53,545 nt of DNA from Dehalococcoidales bacterium (GCA_050014355.1 JBEKDL010000003.1:1-53545), one strand, 5' to 3'. Counted from the first letter of the stretch, positions 9,615 through 19,075 are shown. Program-made: numbers and translations. Notes: generated by a model from the letters alone, not told the origin.

Positions 9615-9827
9615 ATGGACTGCAACATCAAAGCTAATAAATTAAAATGTAACTGCACCTACGAGCCCTGCCCGCGCAAGGGCAAATGCTGCGAGTGCAT
9701 CGCTTACCACCTGGGGATGGACGAACTGCCCGCCTGCGCTTTCCCGCCGGAGGTGGAGCGTACCTACGACCGCTCGTTCAGTAGGTTTGCCGATATGGTG
9801 CACGGCAGGGCTGGTAAGAAAGCCTGA
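9615..9827 (+). CDS. Small Cys-rich protein (DUF6485-like)
   Basis: [21 protein letters not shown]...ELPACAF...E.TYDRS pattern; starts 2 nt after the upstream stop. Confidence 0.75.
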   Translation: MDCNIKANKLKCNCTYEPCPRKGKCCECIAYHLGMDELPACAFPPEVERTYDRSFSRFADMVHGRAGKKA

Positions 9828-9847
9828 TTTAAGCTATAGTATTACAT

Positions 9848-9943
9848 ATGAACAAATCGAAGAAAGTCGCCTGGCACAAACACCTGAAAACCGGCAAGAA
9901 GCTTAAGGAACAGCGGCGGGCCCTGGCCAAAACCGTAAAATAG
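9848..9943 (+). CDS. Small basic peptide (31 aa), probably leaderless
   Basis: Below ORF-track cutoff: MNKSKKVAWHKHLKTGKKLKEQRRALAKTVK. TATAGT (-10) at 9835-9840, 7 nt before ATG; codon style like flanking genes. Confidence 0.6.
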   Translation: MNKSKKVAWHKHLKTGKKLKEQRRALAKTVK

Positions 9944-10013
9944 CTTAAATTCTAAATCCTAATATCTAGACTGCCAGTTGTTTAGAATTTAGTATCTAGG
10001 ATTTCGTGCTTAT
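9944..10013. repeat. Heptamer-periodic AT-rich hairpin element
   Basis: CTTAAAT TCTAAAT CCTAATA ... TTTAGAA TTTAGTA TCTAGGA. AAATTCTAAA (9947-9956) is a perfect inverted repeat of TTTAGAATTT (9981-9990). Confidence 0.6.
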
Positions 10014-10018
10014 TAATT

Positions 10019-11026
10019 ATGTCCGAGCTACCGGAGCTAATCAAGGCCCTGCTCGCCCCTGAAGCCTACCCGGAACCTCCGTCGCGGGTGGAACTGGCGC
10101 AGACCCAGATTTCCTATGTCTTCCTCGCGGACGATTTTGTCTATAAAATCAAGAAGCCGGTGGACATGGGCTTCCTGGACTACACCACGCTGGAAAAACG
10201 CCTTTCCTATTGCCGTAAGGAAGTCGAGCTCAACCGGCGGCTCTGCCCGGACGCTTACCTCGGAGTGGTTTCCGTCACTAACGATGATGGACATTTCCGC
10301 ATCGACGGCAGGGGCAAGGTCGAAGAATACGCCGTAAAAATGCGCCGCCTGCCCCAGGACGCTATGATGGATGTCCTGCTCAAACAGAACAAAGTCACCC
10401 CGGAGATGGTCGTCAGGGTAGCCAAACTGCTGGCTGATTTCCACCAGAAGGCCGCCACCGGCGAGGAAATCAACCGGCTCGGCGGTATCGATGCCGTGAT
10501 TAAGAACACCTCGGAAAACTTTGACCAGACGGAAAAATACTTCGGGATTATCATCACACCGGAGACCTACCAGCGCATTAAGGAGTATACCGAGGGTTTT
10601 ATCAAGTCGAATACTGATTTATTCCGTAAGCGCGCCGCCGGAGGGCATATAAGGGACTGCCACGGCGACCTCCACGCCGCCCATATCTGTTTCTGTAACG
10701 GCATCTGCATCTACGACTGCATCGAGTTTAATGACCGGTTCAGGTACACGGATGTTGCCGCAGAAGTGGCCTTTCTCGCCATGGACCTGGACCACTACCA
10801 CCGCGCCGATTTATCTAAAGCGTTCGTTGATTCGTACATCAAAGCCAGCGGCGATAAAGAGCTTTTCAAGCTGCTTAACTTTTACAAGTGCTACCGCGCT
10901 TACGTGCGGGGCAAGGTCACTTGCTTCCAGTATGACGATCCGCATATCCCCGATAAAGAAAAGGGGCAGATTATCGCCACGGCCGCGAGCTATTTCCGGC
11001 TGGCGGAGTCTTACATCGAGGATTAA
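10019..11026 (+). CDS. Aminoglycoside-phosphotransferase-like kinase (COG2187-type N-terminal module as stand-alone gene)
   Basis: QTQISYVFL...VYKIKKPV..GFLDY.TLEKR...C..E..LNRRL, RDCHGDLH, YDCIEFNDRFR..DVAAEVAFLAMDL, YKCYRAYVRGKV. Confidence 0.88.
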   Translation: MSELPELIKALLAPEAYPEPPSRVELAQTQISYVFLADDFVYKIKKPVDMGFLDYTTLEKRLSYCRKEVELNRRLCPDAYLGVVSVTNDDGHFRIDGRGKVEEYAVKMRRLPQDAMMDVLLKQNKVTPEMVVRVAKLLADFHQKAATGEEINRLGGIDAVIKNTSENFDQTEKYFGIIITPETYQRIKEYTEGFIKSNTDLFRKRAAGGHIRDCHGDLHAAHICFCNGICIYDCIEFNDRFRYTDVAAEVAFLAMDLDHYHRADLSKAFVDSYIKASGDKELFKLLNFYKCYRAYVRGKVTCFQYDDPHIPDKEKGQIIATAASYFRLAESYIED

Positions 11027-11041
11027 AAGGGTACAGTCGCT

Positions 11042-11422
11042 ATGACGACTAATGAAATACTGATTTTTATCGGTTCGGGCCTTATCATCCTGTGGGGCAT
11101 CGCACATCTTGTTCCTACTAAAAACATTGTCAACGGCTTCGGCAACATCTCCACAGACAATAAAAAGATAATCGCCATGGAGTCCATCGCCGAAGGGCTG
11201 ACCCTCATCTTCCTCGGGGTGCTGCCGCTTCTAATCGTGCGATTGGAGAACCCTGTAAGCTACGCCGCTAGAATTGTTGTACTATCCTGTGCCGTGATGC
11301 TGCTGATCATTGCGCTTCTTACTCTTTTTACCGGCGCTCGGACACCCACAATCTGGTATAAAATCTGCCCGGTGGTGAAAACGGTGGTGGCTGTACTATT
11401 TATTTTAAGCGTGATGTTATAA
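11042..11422 (+). CDS. Small membrane protein (about 4 TM)
   Basis: Four hydrophobic segments, WGIAHL.PT and KICP.VK motifs; fills the gap between the two kinase halves. Confidence 0.75.
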   Translation: MTTNEILIFIGSGLIILWGIAHLVPTKNIVNGFGNISTDNKKIIAMESIAEGLTLIFLGVLPLLIVRLENPVSYAARIVVLSCAVMLLIIALLTLFTGARTPTIWYKICPVVKTVVAVLFILSVML

Positions 11423-11438
11423 TCAACGGAGTCATTTT

Positions 11439-12041
11439 ATGAGAGAACCTTTCGCGAAATATATTAAAGCTAAACTCAAGCCGCCTTTCCTGCTCATAGC
11501 CTGCGGGCTCCCCGGCACCTGGAAAACGGAGACGACGGAAGAGGTCTTTAAAATCAAGGGCGGCAAGCTCCTGCGCACCGACCTCATCCGACTGGAGGTG
11601 CTGAAAAACCAGGACGTCTTCGACTCTAAAGTGGCCGGCGACATGAAGAAACGGACGCAGGTCTATGACGTCATGTTCGAGCAGGCGGACGAGGCCTTCA
11701 AGGATAATAAATGCGTTATCCTCGATGCCACTTTCGTCACGCAGGCGCTGCGGCAGCAGGCGGCGGAAATCGCCGCCAAAAATAAGGCAGCCTTCGTTAT
11801 TCTCCAGACCGATTGCCCGCAGGAGGTCTCCATCCGGCGCATCCTGGCGCGCGATAAAGAAAATTACGTCTCCAACGCCCTGACCGAGGAAGCCTATCTC
11901 AATAACAAGAAGAAGTTCGAAGCCGTCGACCTGGACGACTTGAAAAAGCTGTACCCGGCTCTTAATGTCATCCACCTCGTCGTCGATACCGCTAAAGACC
12001 CGCCGGAAGACTGGTACATCACCGGCGAGAAAAAGAAATAG
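11439..12041 (+). CDS. P-loop kinase (AAA_33/COG0645-like) with non-canonical Walker A
   Basis: LLIACGLPGTWKT, LRTD.IR, VILDATF and R..RI.AR motifs of AAA_33 kinases. Confidence 0.82.
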   Translation: MREPFAKYIKAKLKPPFLLIACGLPGTWKTETTEEVFKIKGGKLLRTDLIRLEVLKNQDVFDSKVAGDMKKRTQVYDVMFEQADEAFKDNKCVILDATFVTQALRQQAAEIAAKNKAAFVILQTDCPQEVSIRRILARDKENYVSNALTEEAYLNNKKKFEAVDLDDLKKLYPALNVIHLVVDTAKDPPEDWYITGEKKK

Positions 12042-12052
12042 CACCGGAACCT

Positions 12053-12907
12053 ATGAAAATTGATTTACATATCCATACCTCCACCGGTTCGGATGGCGCG
12101 CTTTCGCTCGAAGAGGTATTTAAAGAAGCCGCGCGCAGAAAAATCGATTTCATTTCTATCACCGACCATGACGCCATCGACCACCAGGGACAGGCGGTAA
12201 CACTGGCCGCGGCGCATAGCATCAGGTACGTTACCGGCGTCGAGCTGAATGTGACCTTCCCGTACCAGGGCAAACCCCTTTCCCTCGATTTTCTCGGGTA
12301 CGGATATGATTATAAAAATAGCGCGCTCCGGCAAAAGCTCCTGTTGATAAGGGAACACCGTGAAAAGCGGGCGCGCCAGATAGTCGCCAACCTGAACGCC
12401 GAGTTCACCAGAGAGAATCGCCCCCTATTCACCGACGAGGACTTGCGCCAGATGCAGGAAGGCGTTGACGGCATCTTGAGCCGGCCCCATATCGCTGATT
12501 ACCTCATTAAAAAGGACGTCGTGGGCAGTCGGCAGGAGGCATTCGATAAATATCTCGTGAAGTGCGATGTACCCAAGTACCCGCTTTCTTTAGAGGAAGC
12601 CTCGGCGTTGACAAGGGGCGCCGGCGGTAAAATTGTGCTGGCTCACCCCAACGACCCCAACGGCACCTCGCTGGTCAGCGTCACGAAAGATTTAAACGAG
12701 CAGACAAAGATTATCAAAGAGCAAATGCTGGAATACATCGACGGCGTGGAATGCTGGCACTCACGGGCTGACTTCGCAACCACGAAGCACTATATAGAAT
12801 TTTACCGCCGTTATAAGCTCCTCATGACCGGCGGCAGTGATTGCCATCAGAAACCGATTTTAATGGGGACGATAGAGATACCCGAGTGGGTGGCGGGGCA
12901 ATTTTAA
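12053..12907 (+). CDS. PHP domain metal-dependent phosphoesterase (TrpH/YciV-like)
   Basis: DLHIHTSTGSDG, ITDHD, GVE, RPHIA, LAHP, TGGSDCH. Confidence 0.9.
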   Translation: MKIDLHIHTSTGSDGALSLEEVFKEAARRKIDFISITDHDAIDHQGQAVTLAAAHSIRYVTGVELNVTFPYQGKPLSLDFLGYGYDYKNSALRQKLLLIREHREKRARQIVANLNAEFTRENRPLFTDEDLRQMQEGVDGILSRPHIADYLIKKDVVGSRQEAFDKYLVKCDVPKYPLSLEEASALTRGAGGKIVLAHPNDPNGTSLVSVTKDLNEQTKIIKEQMLEYIDGVECWHSRADFATTKHYIEFYRRYKLLMTGGSDCHQKPILMGTIEIPEWVAGQF

Positions 12908-13029
12908 AGATAGATTAATAGTGTAAAATCCCCTGACACGGTGTTTCCTAAATATCTCTATCTTGGCACATTATTTCCATTACGGCCCCGTATTGAGTAT
13001 GGGTAAACTCCTACGGGAATCCAGTATGA

Positions 13030-14595
13030 TTACGGCTTCCCGTACATGGCTCTGATATCTTTCTTGATGAGCTTGCCCATGGGATTGCGGGGGAGCTCAT
13101 CCACAAAAACTACCGTGCGCGGGCGCTTGTAGCTGGCCAGGTTCTGACGGCAGTACTCCATAATCTCGTCTTCCACCGCCTTGGATTTCGGCACGCCCTT
13201 CTTGAGGACGACCACGGCGCGCGGCTCTTCGCCCCAGGTCTCGTCAGGCACGCCGATGACGGCTACGTCCTCCACTTTCGGGTACTCCCGGACGACGTTC
13301 TCCAGCTCTTCAGGCGAGATATTTTCACCCGCCCGGATAATGATATCGCTGGAGCGGCCCGAAAGGAAGTAGTACCCGTCCTCGTCCACATAGCCCACAT
13401 CGCCGGTATGCACCCAGCCGTCTTTATCGATTGTTTTCTTCGTCTTTTCCTCGTCCTTCCAGTAGCCGCTCATCACGCGGGGGCCTCTGGCGAGAATCTC
13501 ACCGACCTCCCCCACACCTAGCGACTTCCCGGAGTCGTCGATGACCTTCATTTCGATATCAGACATCGGTTTGCCGATGGACGCCAGCCTCTTGAGCTTT
13601 TTCTCCCTTTCCTCCGGTGTGCCTGTGATGAAGTGGTCTTCCGGTCCCAGAGCGGTGATGGTGGAGGCTGTTTCCGTCTGCCCGAAGGCATTAATGAAAC
13701 TCACGCCGGGGAACTCGTCCAGCGCCTTCCGGATAACTGGCAGCGGCATGGGTGCGGCGCCGTAGGTTATCACTTTAATGCTGCTCAAATTATGCTTTTT
13801 AAAGTTGGGATGGTCGAGGAGCTGCTTGAGCATGGTGGGCACCATCATGGCGCGGTTCACTTTTTCCCTTTCCACCAGGGTCATCCATTCTTCCGGCTCG
13901 AACTGTCGTTCCATCACCAGCGTCCGCGCTCCGTAAATGGCCGCCATCATCGCCTGGATGCCGGCCACGTGGTAGAGCGGAACCGTCAGGATATTGCTTT
14001 CATTCACTTCCGGGTCGGGCGGGGTGACATTTTCCAGTACGTAGGTGCTGAAACTGGTATGAGAGAGCATCACGCCCTTGGGGAAACCGGTAGTGCCGGC
14101 AGTATACATCAGGATGGTGGTCTCTTTATCTTCGACCGGAGCGGTCACTTCTCTGCCTGAAGATGACTTAATGACATCCTCGTAATTGTGCATATCCGGG
14201 TGTTTGCTCTCGATGGAGATGAGGTGCTTCAGGTATTTGAGCTCGGGCCGGATGGACTGTATCATGGTTGTATAACGCTCCCCGATGATAAAAAACTTAG
14301 CCTCGGCGGTATTAAGCATGTAGGTAAGCTCTTTCTCCTTGGCGCGGAAGTTCAGCGGCAGGTAGATGCCGCCCATTCTGGCCACGGCGAAATAGGTCTC
14401 TACGCACTGGTTGCAGTTGACTTGCAGCAGGGCGATGACATCGCCCTTTTTCGCGCCCATTTTTATCAGGCCGTTGGCCAGTCGGTTGACCCGCTCATTG
14501 AGCTGCGAAAAAGTGTACCTCTTGTCTTCAAAAATAATAGCCGTTTTTTCCGGGCAGATAGCGGTGGCGATACTAAGGAATTCGGCAGTATTCAA
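13030..14595 (-). CDS. Long-chain acyl-CoA synthetase (AMP-binding enzyme)
   Basis: YTAGTTGFPKG, FGQTET, GWVHTGD, GENI.P.ELE, LPRNPMGK. TTG start with SD GGAGG. Confidence 0.92.
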   Translation of the reverse strand: MNTAEFLSIATAICPEKTAIIFEDKRYTFSQLNERVNRLANGLIKMGAKKGDVIALLQVNCNQCVETYFAVARMGGIYLPLNFRAKEKELTYMLNTAEAKFFIIGERYTTMIQSIRPELKYLKHLISIESKHPDMHNYEDVIKSSSGREVTAPVEDKETTILMYTAGTTGFPKGVMLSHTSFSTYVLENVTPPDPEVNESNILTVPLYHVAGIQAMMAAIYGARTLVMERQFEPEEWMTLVEREKVNRAMMVPTMLKQLLDHPNFKKHNLSSIKVITYGAAPMPLPVIRKALDEFPGVSFINAFGQTETASTITALGPEDHFITGTPEEREKKLKRLASIGKPMSDIEMKVIDDSGKSLGVGEVGEILARGPRVMSGYWKDEEKTKKTIDKDGWVHTGDVGYVDEDGYYFLSGRSSDIIIRAGENISPEELENVVREYPKVEDVAVIGVPDETWGEEPRAVVVLKKGVPKSKAVEDEIMEYCRQNLASYKRPRTVVFVDELPRNPMGKLIKKDIRAMYGKP

Positions 14596-14791
14596 GCTGC
14601 ACCTCCAAGCCGACAGTAGTTACTAAATAGGTATTTTAAACCAGACACTGGATAAAAATCAAACTTTGGATATAAGTCTAAAAGTATCTGCGCATCCGCA
14701 GGCATTTCAAAAAACCTTCGTAAAGAAGCAATATCGGCCTGGCGGAGCTTTCCGAGGAGACAACCAGAGCACTCTTTCCTACCGAAAACCC

Positions 14792-15319
14792 CTAGATATT
14801 CTCCCCCTGGTAAACCCCCTTGTACCCTTCCGATTCCCCGGTCAGCGCCAAGAAAATAAGCTGCGTGACTCTCGCGTTCTTCTGGATGCGGAAACCAAGG
14901 GGATTATGCACTATCAGCAGCGACTGTGAGCGTCCCTCATATCCTGCGTCCCACACCGCCGTGCCCACCGCCACGCCGCAACGCAGCAGGCTTGAGCGGG
15001 GACGCCCCAGCGCCATGAGGTTCTTCGGCAGGTGGACAACCTCGTTATAGGTAATCATATAGATGCCGGGCGCCAGTTCGATGCTCCCCGCGCTGTCAAA
15101 CTGCAGAGACACCAGCTCGGAGACCGTCCTCTGGCTGTTCGATGCCATAATCTGCCCCGCCGACTGCATCGCGGCTACGTCCCGCAAGGTAAGGTCAAAG
15201 CCGTTGGTCTGAAGCTGCTCTTCCAGGTTGACATATCCTTCGATGAGCGGCGGCTTCCGCTTCAGTAAACGTCTGATATCCCGCGCAGCAAGAACCGGCA
15301 TAAAAATCCTCCGCTCCAT
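14792..15319 (-). CDS. dut: Trimeric dUTP diphosphatase (archaeal-type dUTPase/Dcd family)
   Basis: QLQTNGFDLTL, PRSSLLR.G, VWDAGYEGR, RVTQLIF, Y.GVYQGEN. True start may be ATG 15301. Confidence 0.8.
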   Translation of the reverse strand: MERRIFMPVLAARDIRRLLKRKPPLIEGYVNLEEQLQTNGFDLTLRDVAAMQSAGQIMASNSQRTVSELVSLQFDSAGSIELAPGIYMITYNEVVHLPKNLMALGRPRSSLLRCGVAVGTAVWDAGYEGRSQSLLIVHNPLGFRIQKNARVTQLIFLALTGESEGYKGVYQGENI

Positions 15320-15431
15320 ATTATCAGTTCTGGCCCGCTCCGGACAATTATAAATTCCCGCGCTCTTCCTTTACAGTCGAAGCGACTTTGATTAGAATGT
15401 AATTGATAAGCCGCATAAAGGAGCATTTTTC

Positions 15432-16139
15432 ATGATTAAAGCCGTCTTTTTCGACCTCTATTTCACACTGGTCCGCTACGAGCCCTCGCAGGAAGAGGTT
15501 GAAGCCGGATTGCTGCATAACCTGGGCATCGAAGTAAGCCCGGAGGCCCTGCGCCGGCCCCTGGCCATGGCCAATGAAACCATCTACCAGGCGCTGATAA
15601 ACCGTCCCCTGAACCAGCGGTCCAAGGAAGAGACAATGGCTTTGTATGCCCAGTATCACCGCGATATACTTAAAGAAGCCGGAATCCAGGCCGGAGAAAA
15701 TGTCATTATGGGCCTGCTGAACGGAATGCTGCAGGCCAAAATGGGACTCGTGCTCTTTGATGATGTCATCCCCGCCCTGGACGAACTAAAAAAGCGGGGG
15801 CTGATAACAGGACTGATTTCCAATATCGAACGCAACATGTCCGGCGCACTCGATGAGCTGCAGCTATCACCCAGACTCGACGTGGTGGTCACCTCGCTCG
15901 ATGCCGGCGCCAATAAACCACGGCCGGAAATCTTCCTCGAAGCGCTGCGCCGGGCTAAAGTCGCGCCCGCTCAAGCGCTATATATCGGCGACCAGTACCA
16001 GGTGGATGTCATCGGCGCCAGAGGCGCGGGTATGCAAGGCATCCTGCTCGACCGCGACGGCCAGCACGAAAACATTACGGATTGTCCTAAAATAAAGAGC
16101 CTGACAGAAGTTACCAGGCATCTCCAGGCGAACGTTTAA
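15432..16139 (+). CDS. HAD-superfamily hydrolase
   Basis: VFFDLYFTL (motif I), ISN, KP.PEIF, IGD....DV.GA. Confidence 0.88.
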   Translation: MIKAVFFDLYFTLVRYEPSQEEVEAGLLHNLGIEVSPEALRRPLAMANETIYQALINRPLNQRSKEETMALYAQYHRDILKEAGIQAGENVIMGLLNGMLQAKMGLVLFDDVIPALDELKKRGLITGLISNIERNMSGALDELQLSPRLDVVVTSLDAGANKPRPEIFLEALRRAKVAPAQALYIGDQYQVDVIGARGAGMQGILLDRDGQHENITDCPKIKSLTEVTRHLQANV

Positions 16140-17496
16140 CCGCCCGGTTCACCGGACAATTTTGACACCCACCCCGCGAGCATAATGTCTTGAAAATGTG
16201 GAGCAGTCCCTGCTGCCGCCGCGCCGTGTTAACCGTGCTCCCAGTAATGCCAAGCTGGCGGCTCATGTGCCTTACGAGCGTATTCGTGGCAAGCGCCGGA
16301 TACCGGCGATATATTTCAATAGCTTTTTCTACCAGCTCCGGGTGCGTATTTGCCCGGCCCCACGCCACCGCGAAAGGCAGGAAGACATTAACGACGATGT
16401 CAGCCGCCCGGTCCCTTCCCAGCAAGGTCTCGCTGTTTCTACCGCATTGGCCGGATTCTGCAAGGCCGCTACCGTCATCTCCGCCCCCGATGCAGAAGGC
16501 GGCTTCCAGCGCCCGGCAATTATCTCCGGTTGCCAAATTATCAAACCTGCCGATTAACCCATCGAGCAGTCCCTCGTGCCTGTACCGTAGCAGCAGCCGG
16601 CTCATGGCCGCGATACGGCGAGCCGGGGCATTGCCCGGCCTGACCCGGAAAAAGTGCCAGTCTCTTAGAGACATCGTTATCGCGTCTCCGGAAGCCGTCC
16701 ATAGCTTTTCCAGCCTGTCAATCCAGGCGCTGTTTTTCTCCCTCCACACGGCGACTTGAGACGGCAGAAACCCCGCCGAACCCATCAGCATCGCCTGATA
16801 CCTGGCCAGGCATTCCGTGGCCGGTGCGTTCGCGGTAACCAGGCGCTCCAGCCGCCGCAGGGGCATCCGGCAGGCCAGCTCCGCCATGGCGTGCTCGTTT
16901 TTAGCGTAGCCGAGGGCCGCCATTATCCCGCGGTACAGGGACTGCCCGGTCTCTTCCTGCGATGATACCGTTTGATAGCCCGCCGCCCGGGAAAGAAACC
17001 TTTGCTCTCCCGCCATATCCAGGATGCCAGCCAGAAAGTCTGCGTTACGCATCACTGCTATACCGGAACATGGCACCGGCGGTATAGCCAGAAGAGAAGG
17101 CTCGCTGTTTTGCCGGAATAGACTTTCCAGCGCCAGCGTTGGTATTTCCCGTCCGTTTTCCAGCCTGACAGCCTTCGCGATATCGCGCCGGAAGACTACA
17201 TGCAGGACCACCCGGTTATAGATAGGGTCCAGGTGGTGCCGGTGCTCCCACCACTGGCTGGACCTGGTATGGATTTCTATGTCACCGGTCAGCAGACCCC
17301 GGCTCGTAGCAACCACCGCATCCCGGTAATCGGCGCCGCTGTCGTCGTTAATCCTGCCCGGATAGAGCACTTTTATCGGCCCGTCCTCTTCGGTTTCCAG
17401 GTCATCCCGGCCCGGGCAGTCCTGCCACAGCAGCACCACCCGGCTTTCCGGGAAATCGCCAGCCCGGTAACGGAATGTCCCGCCCGCATTTATCAT
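16111..17496 (-). CDS. DUF2851 family protein
   Basis: YPGR.N...GAD..DA, GDIEIH..SS.W..H.HH.DP.YN.VVLHVV, W.FFRVRP.N.P.RRIA, RA.DIVVNV.LP and terminal QGL.H....C....C..CP. Start uncertain. Confidence 0.8.
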   Translation of the reverse strand: MINAGGTFRYRAGDFPESRVVLLWQDCPGRDDLETEEDGPIKVLYPGRINDDSGADYRDAVVATSRGLLTGDIEIHTRSSQWWEHRHHLDPIYNRVVLHVVFRRDIAKAVRLENGREIPTLALESLFRQNSEPSLLAIPPVPCSGIAVMRNADFLAGILDMAGEQRFLSRAAGYQTVSSQEETGQSLYRGIMAALGYAKNEHAMAELACRMPLRRLERLVTANAPATECLARYQAMLMGSAGFLPSQVAVWREKNSAWIDRLEKLWTASGDAITMSLRDWHFFRVRPGNAPARRIAAMSRLLLRYRHEGLLDGLIGRFDNLATGDNCRALEAAFCIGGGDDGSGLAESGQCGRNSETLLGRDRAADIVVNVFLPFAVAWGRANTHPELVEKAIEIYRRYPALATNTLVRHMSRQLGITGSTVNTARRQQGLLHIFKTLCSRGGCQNCPVNRAVKRSPGDAW

Positions 17497-17533
17497 ATTA
17501 AAATGTGAAGGTCAAGGAGTGAAGTTAATAAAT

Positions 17534-18982
17534 TCAACCAGCGGCACTAAGATGCTTTTGATAGCGGCACATCGCGGCGAGGGCCAAGATGGCATCATCA
17601 TCACTGGTATAGCAGGGGACACGGATAACCTGAAACCCGCGGCGCATTTTTAGAAATATTTCCCGGTCTCCGAGCTGCGTGACCGCCAGGAGGGGTTTAC
17701 CGGGGAAATCCCTCCGGATGCTGGAAAAAAGGGCGGGCACATCCCTGCCCGGCAGCCAGTCATTGGCCCCCATAATGATAACCGCTGCATCCACGCCGTC
17801 GTCTTCGAGCACGGCCCTTGTGATGGTAGTATACGTGGCCTCAAACCCGCTGGCCTCGATAGCCGTCCAGATATCCACCGGGCTCATCACCTTCCACCAG
17901 TCCGGGTAGACCGTCTTTATTATTTCCTTTGTTTTCTCTGATAATTCGGCAATCCTCAAACCGTTTTTCACGCAGGCATCGACGGAGGTCACGCAACCCG
18001 ACCCCCCCAGGTTGACGATAGCCACTCTGTCCCCCGGCGGTAAAGGAGCCTGGACAAAAGCCCGGGCCACGTCCCAGAGCTGCTCGAAGCTGCCCACCCG
18101 GATAATGCCCGCCTGCCGGAAAGCTGCATCGTAGACCCTGTCCTCCCCCGCGATAGCGCCGGTGTGTGTGGCCGACGCCCTGGCCCCACCTCCCGTGACC
18201 GCCGATTTAAGGATAATCACCGGCTTGTTTTTAACAATACGGCGGCTCAAACCGAGAAAGCGCCGGCCGTCTTTAATACTTTCCAGGTACATGACAATAA
18301 TTCTAGTTCCGGTATCCTCCCCGAAATACTCGAGCATATCGCTTTCATCGACATCGCATTTGTTACCCAGGCAGGCTATCTTGCTGATGCCGATTTCATC
18401 GTTGATTAACGGCAGAAAAACACCGGTAAACAGCCCTGTCTGGCCGATAAAACCTACCGTGCCCTCCTTTATTTCATCTTCCGGCAGGAATGTCTCGTTC
18501 AGCCGGCCGAGGCTGGTATCCAAACGCGCCCCCGGGTTGATGGTGCCCACGCTATTCGGCCCCATGACCCGTATGCCGGCCCCCGCCGCCATCTGTACCA
18601 TCCGCTGTTCCAGCCGTGCGCCGGACTCATCCATCTCCCCGAAGCCGGCCGACTCGATGATAACCGCCTTGGCTCCGGCTTCAATGCAATGCTCGAGAGA
18701 TTTTAATACCTGTGAACGCGGTAAAACGATGATCGCCAGTTCCGGCTTCCCCGGGAGGTTTTTCAGGTCGGGATAGGCCTTAAGCGTTCCCACTTCCCCG
18801 GCCCGGGGATTTATGGGGTACACTCTTCCGGTAAAGCCCAGCCTGCGCAGGTTTTCAATGATGTTATAGCCCCCCTTGCCCGGTGTGCGTGAGGCGCCGA
18901 TGACCGCGACGCTCTCGGGCTCGAAAAACGGCTTAAGACTAGCAATACGATAACGGTTGTCCATAAATGTCTTATAATTCAA
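17534..18982 (-). CDS. Acyl-CoA synthetase (ADP-forming) alpha-subunit-like CoA-binding protein
   Basis: FFEP.SVAVIGAS..PGK.G, GPN..G, GNK.DVDESD, YLESIKDGRRF, phospho-His motif THTGAIAG; no ATP-grasp domain. Start either TTG 18982 or ATG 18964. Confidence 0.87.
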   Translation of the reverse strand: MNYKTFMDNRYRIASLKPFFEPESVAVIGASRTPGKGGYNIIENLRRLGFTGRVYPINPRAGEVGTLKAYPDLKNLPGKPELAIIVLPRSQVLKSLEHCIEAGAKAVIIESAGFGEMDESGARLEQRMVQMAAGAGIRVMGPNSVGTINPGARLDTSLGRLNETFLPEDEIKEGTVGFIGQTGLFTGVFLPLINDEIGISKIACLGNKCDVDESDMLEYFGEDTGTRIIVMYLESIKDGRRFLGLSRRIVKNKPVIILKSAVTGGGARASATHTGAIAGEDRVYDAAFRQAGIIRVGSFEQLWDVARAFVQAPLPPGDRVAIVNLGGSGCVTSVDACVKNGLRIAELSEKTKEIIKTVYPDWWKVMSPVDIWTAIEASGFEATYTTITRAVLEDDGVDAAVIIMGANDWLPGRDVPALFSSIRRDFPGKPLLAVTQLGDREIFLKMRRGFQVIRVPCYTSDDDAILALAAMCRYQKHLSAAG

Positions 18983-19040
18983 AGCTCGAAACCAGAGCTT
19001 GAGCTCTAAGCTTTAACGATATTCAAGTAATCAAGTTATT

Positions 19041-19075
19041 AGTTTTAAGCTGTGGTTTGACTTTTTCGCCTTGAG
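19041..19075. repeat. Heptamer-type intergenic repeat (TTTTRAV family), degenerate copy
   Basis: AGTTTTAAGCTGTGGTTTGACTTTTTCGCCTTGAG resembles 20986-21037 and the reverse complement of 36147-36179. Confidence 0.5.

Noticed and set aside
12986-13017. Imperfect hairpin CCCGTA..GAGT...ACTC.TACGGG between convergent genes
   Set aside because: Could be a terminator, but it has no U-tract and is too imperfect to call; no ncRNA family recognised.
14596-14791. Long intergenic region upstream of the acyl-CoA synthetase as a riboswitch
   Set aside because: No recognisable SAM, cobalamin, TPP or T-box consensus by eye; an Rfam/Infernal scan would settle it.
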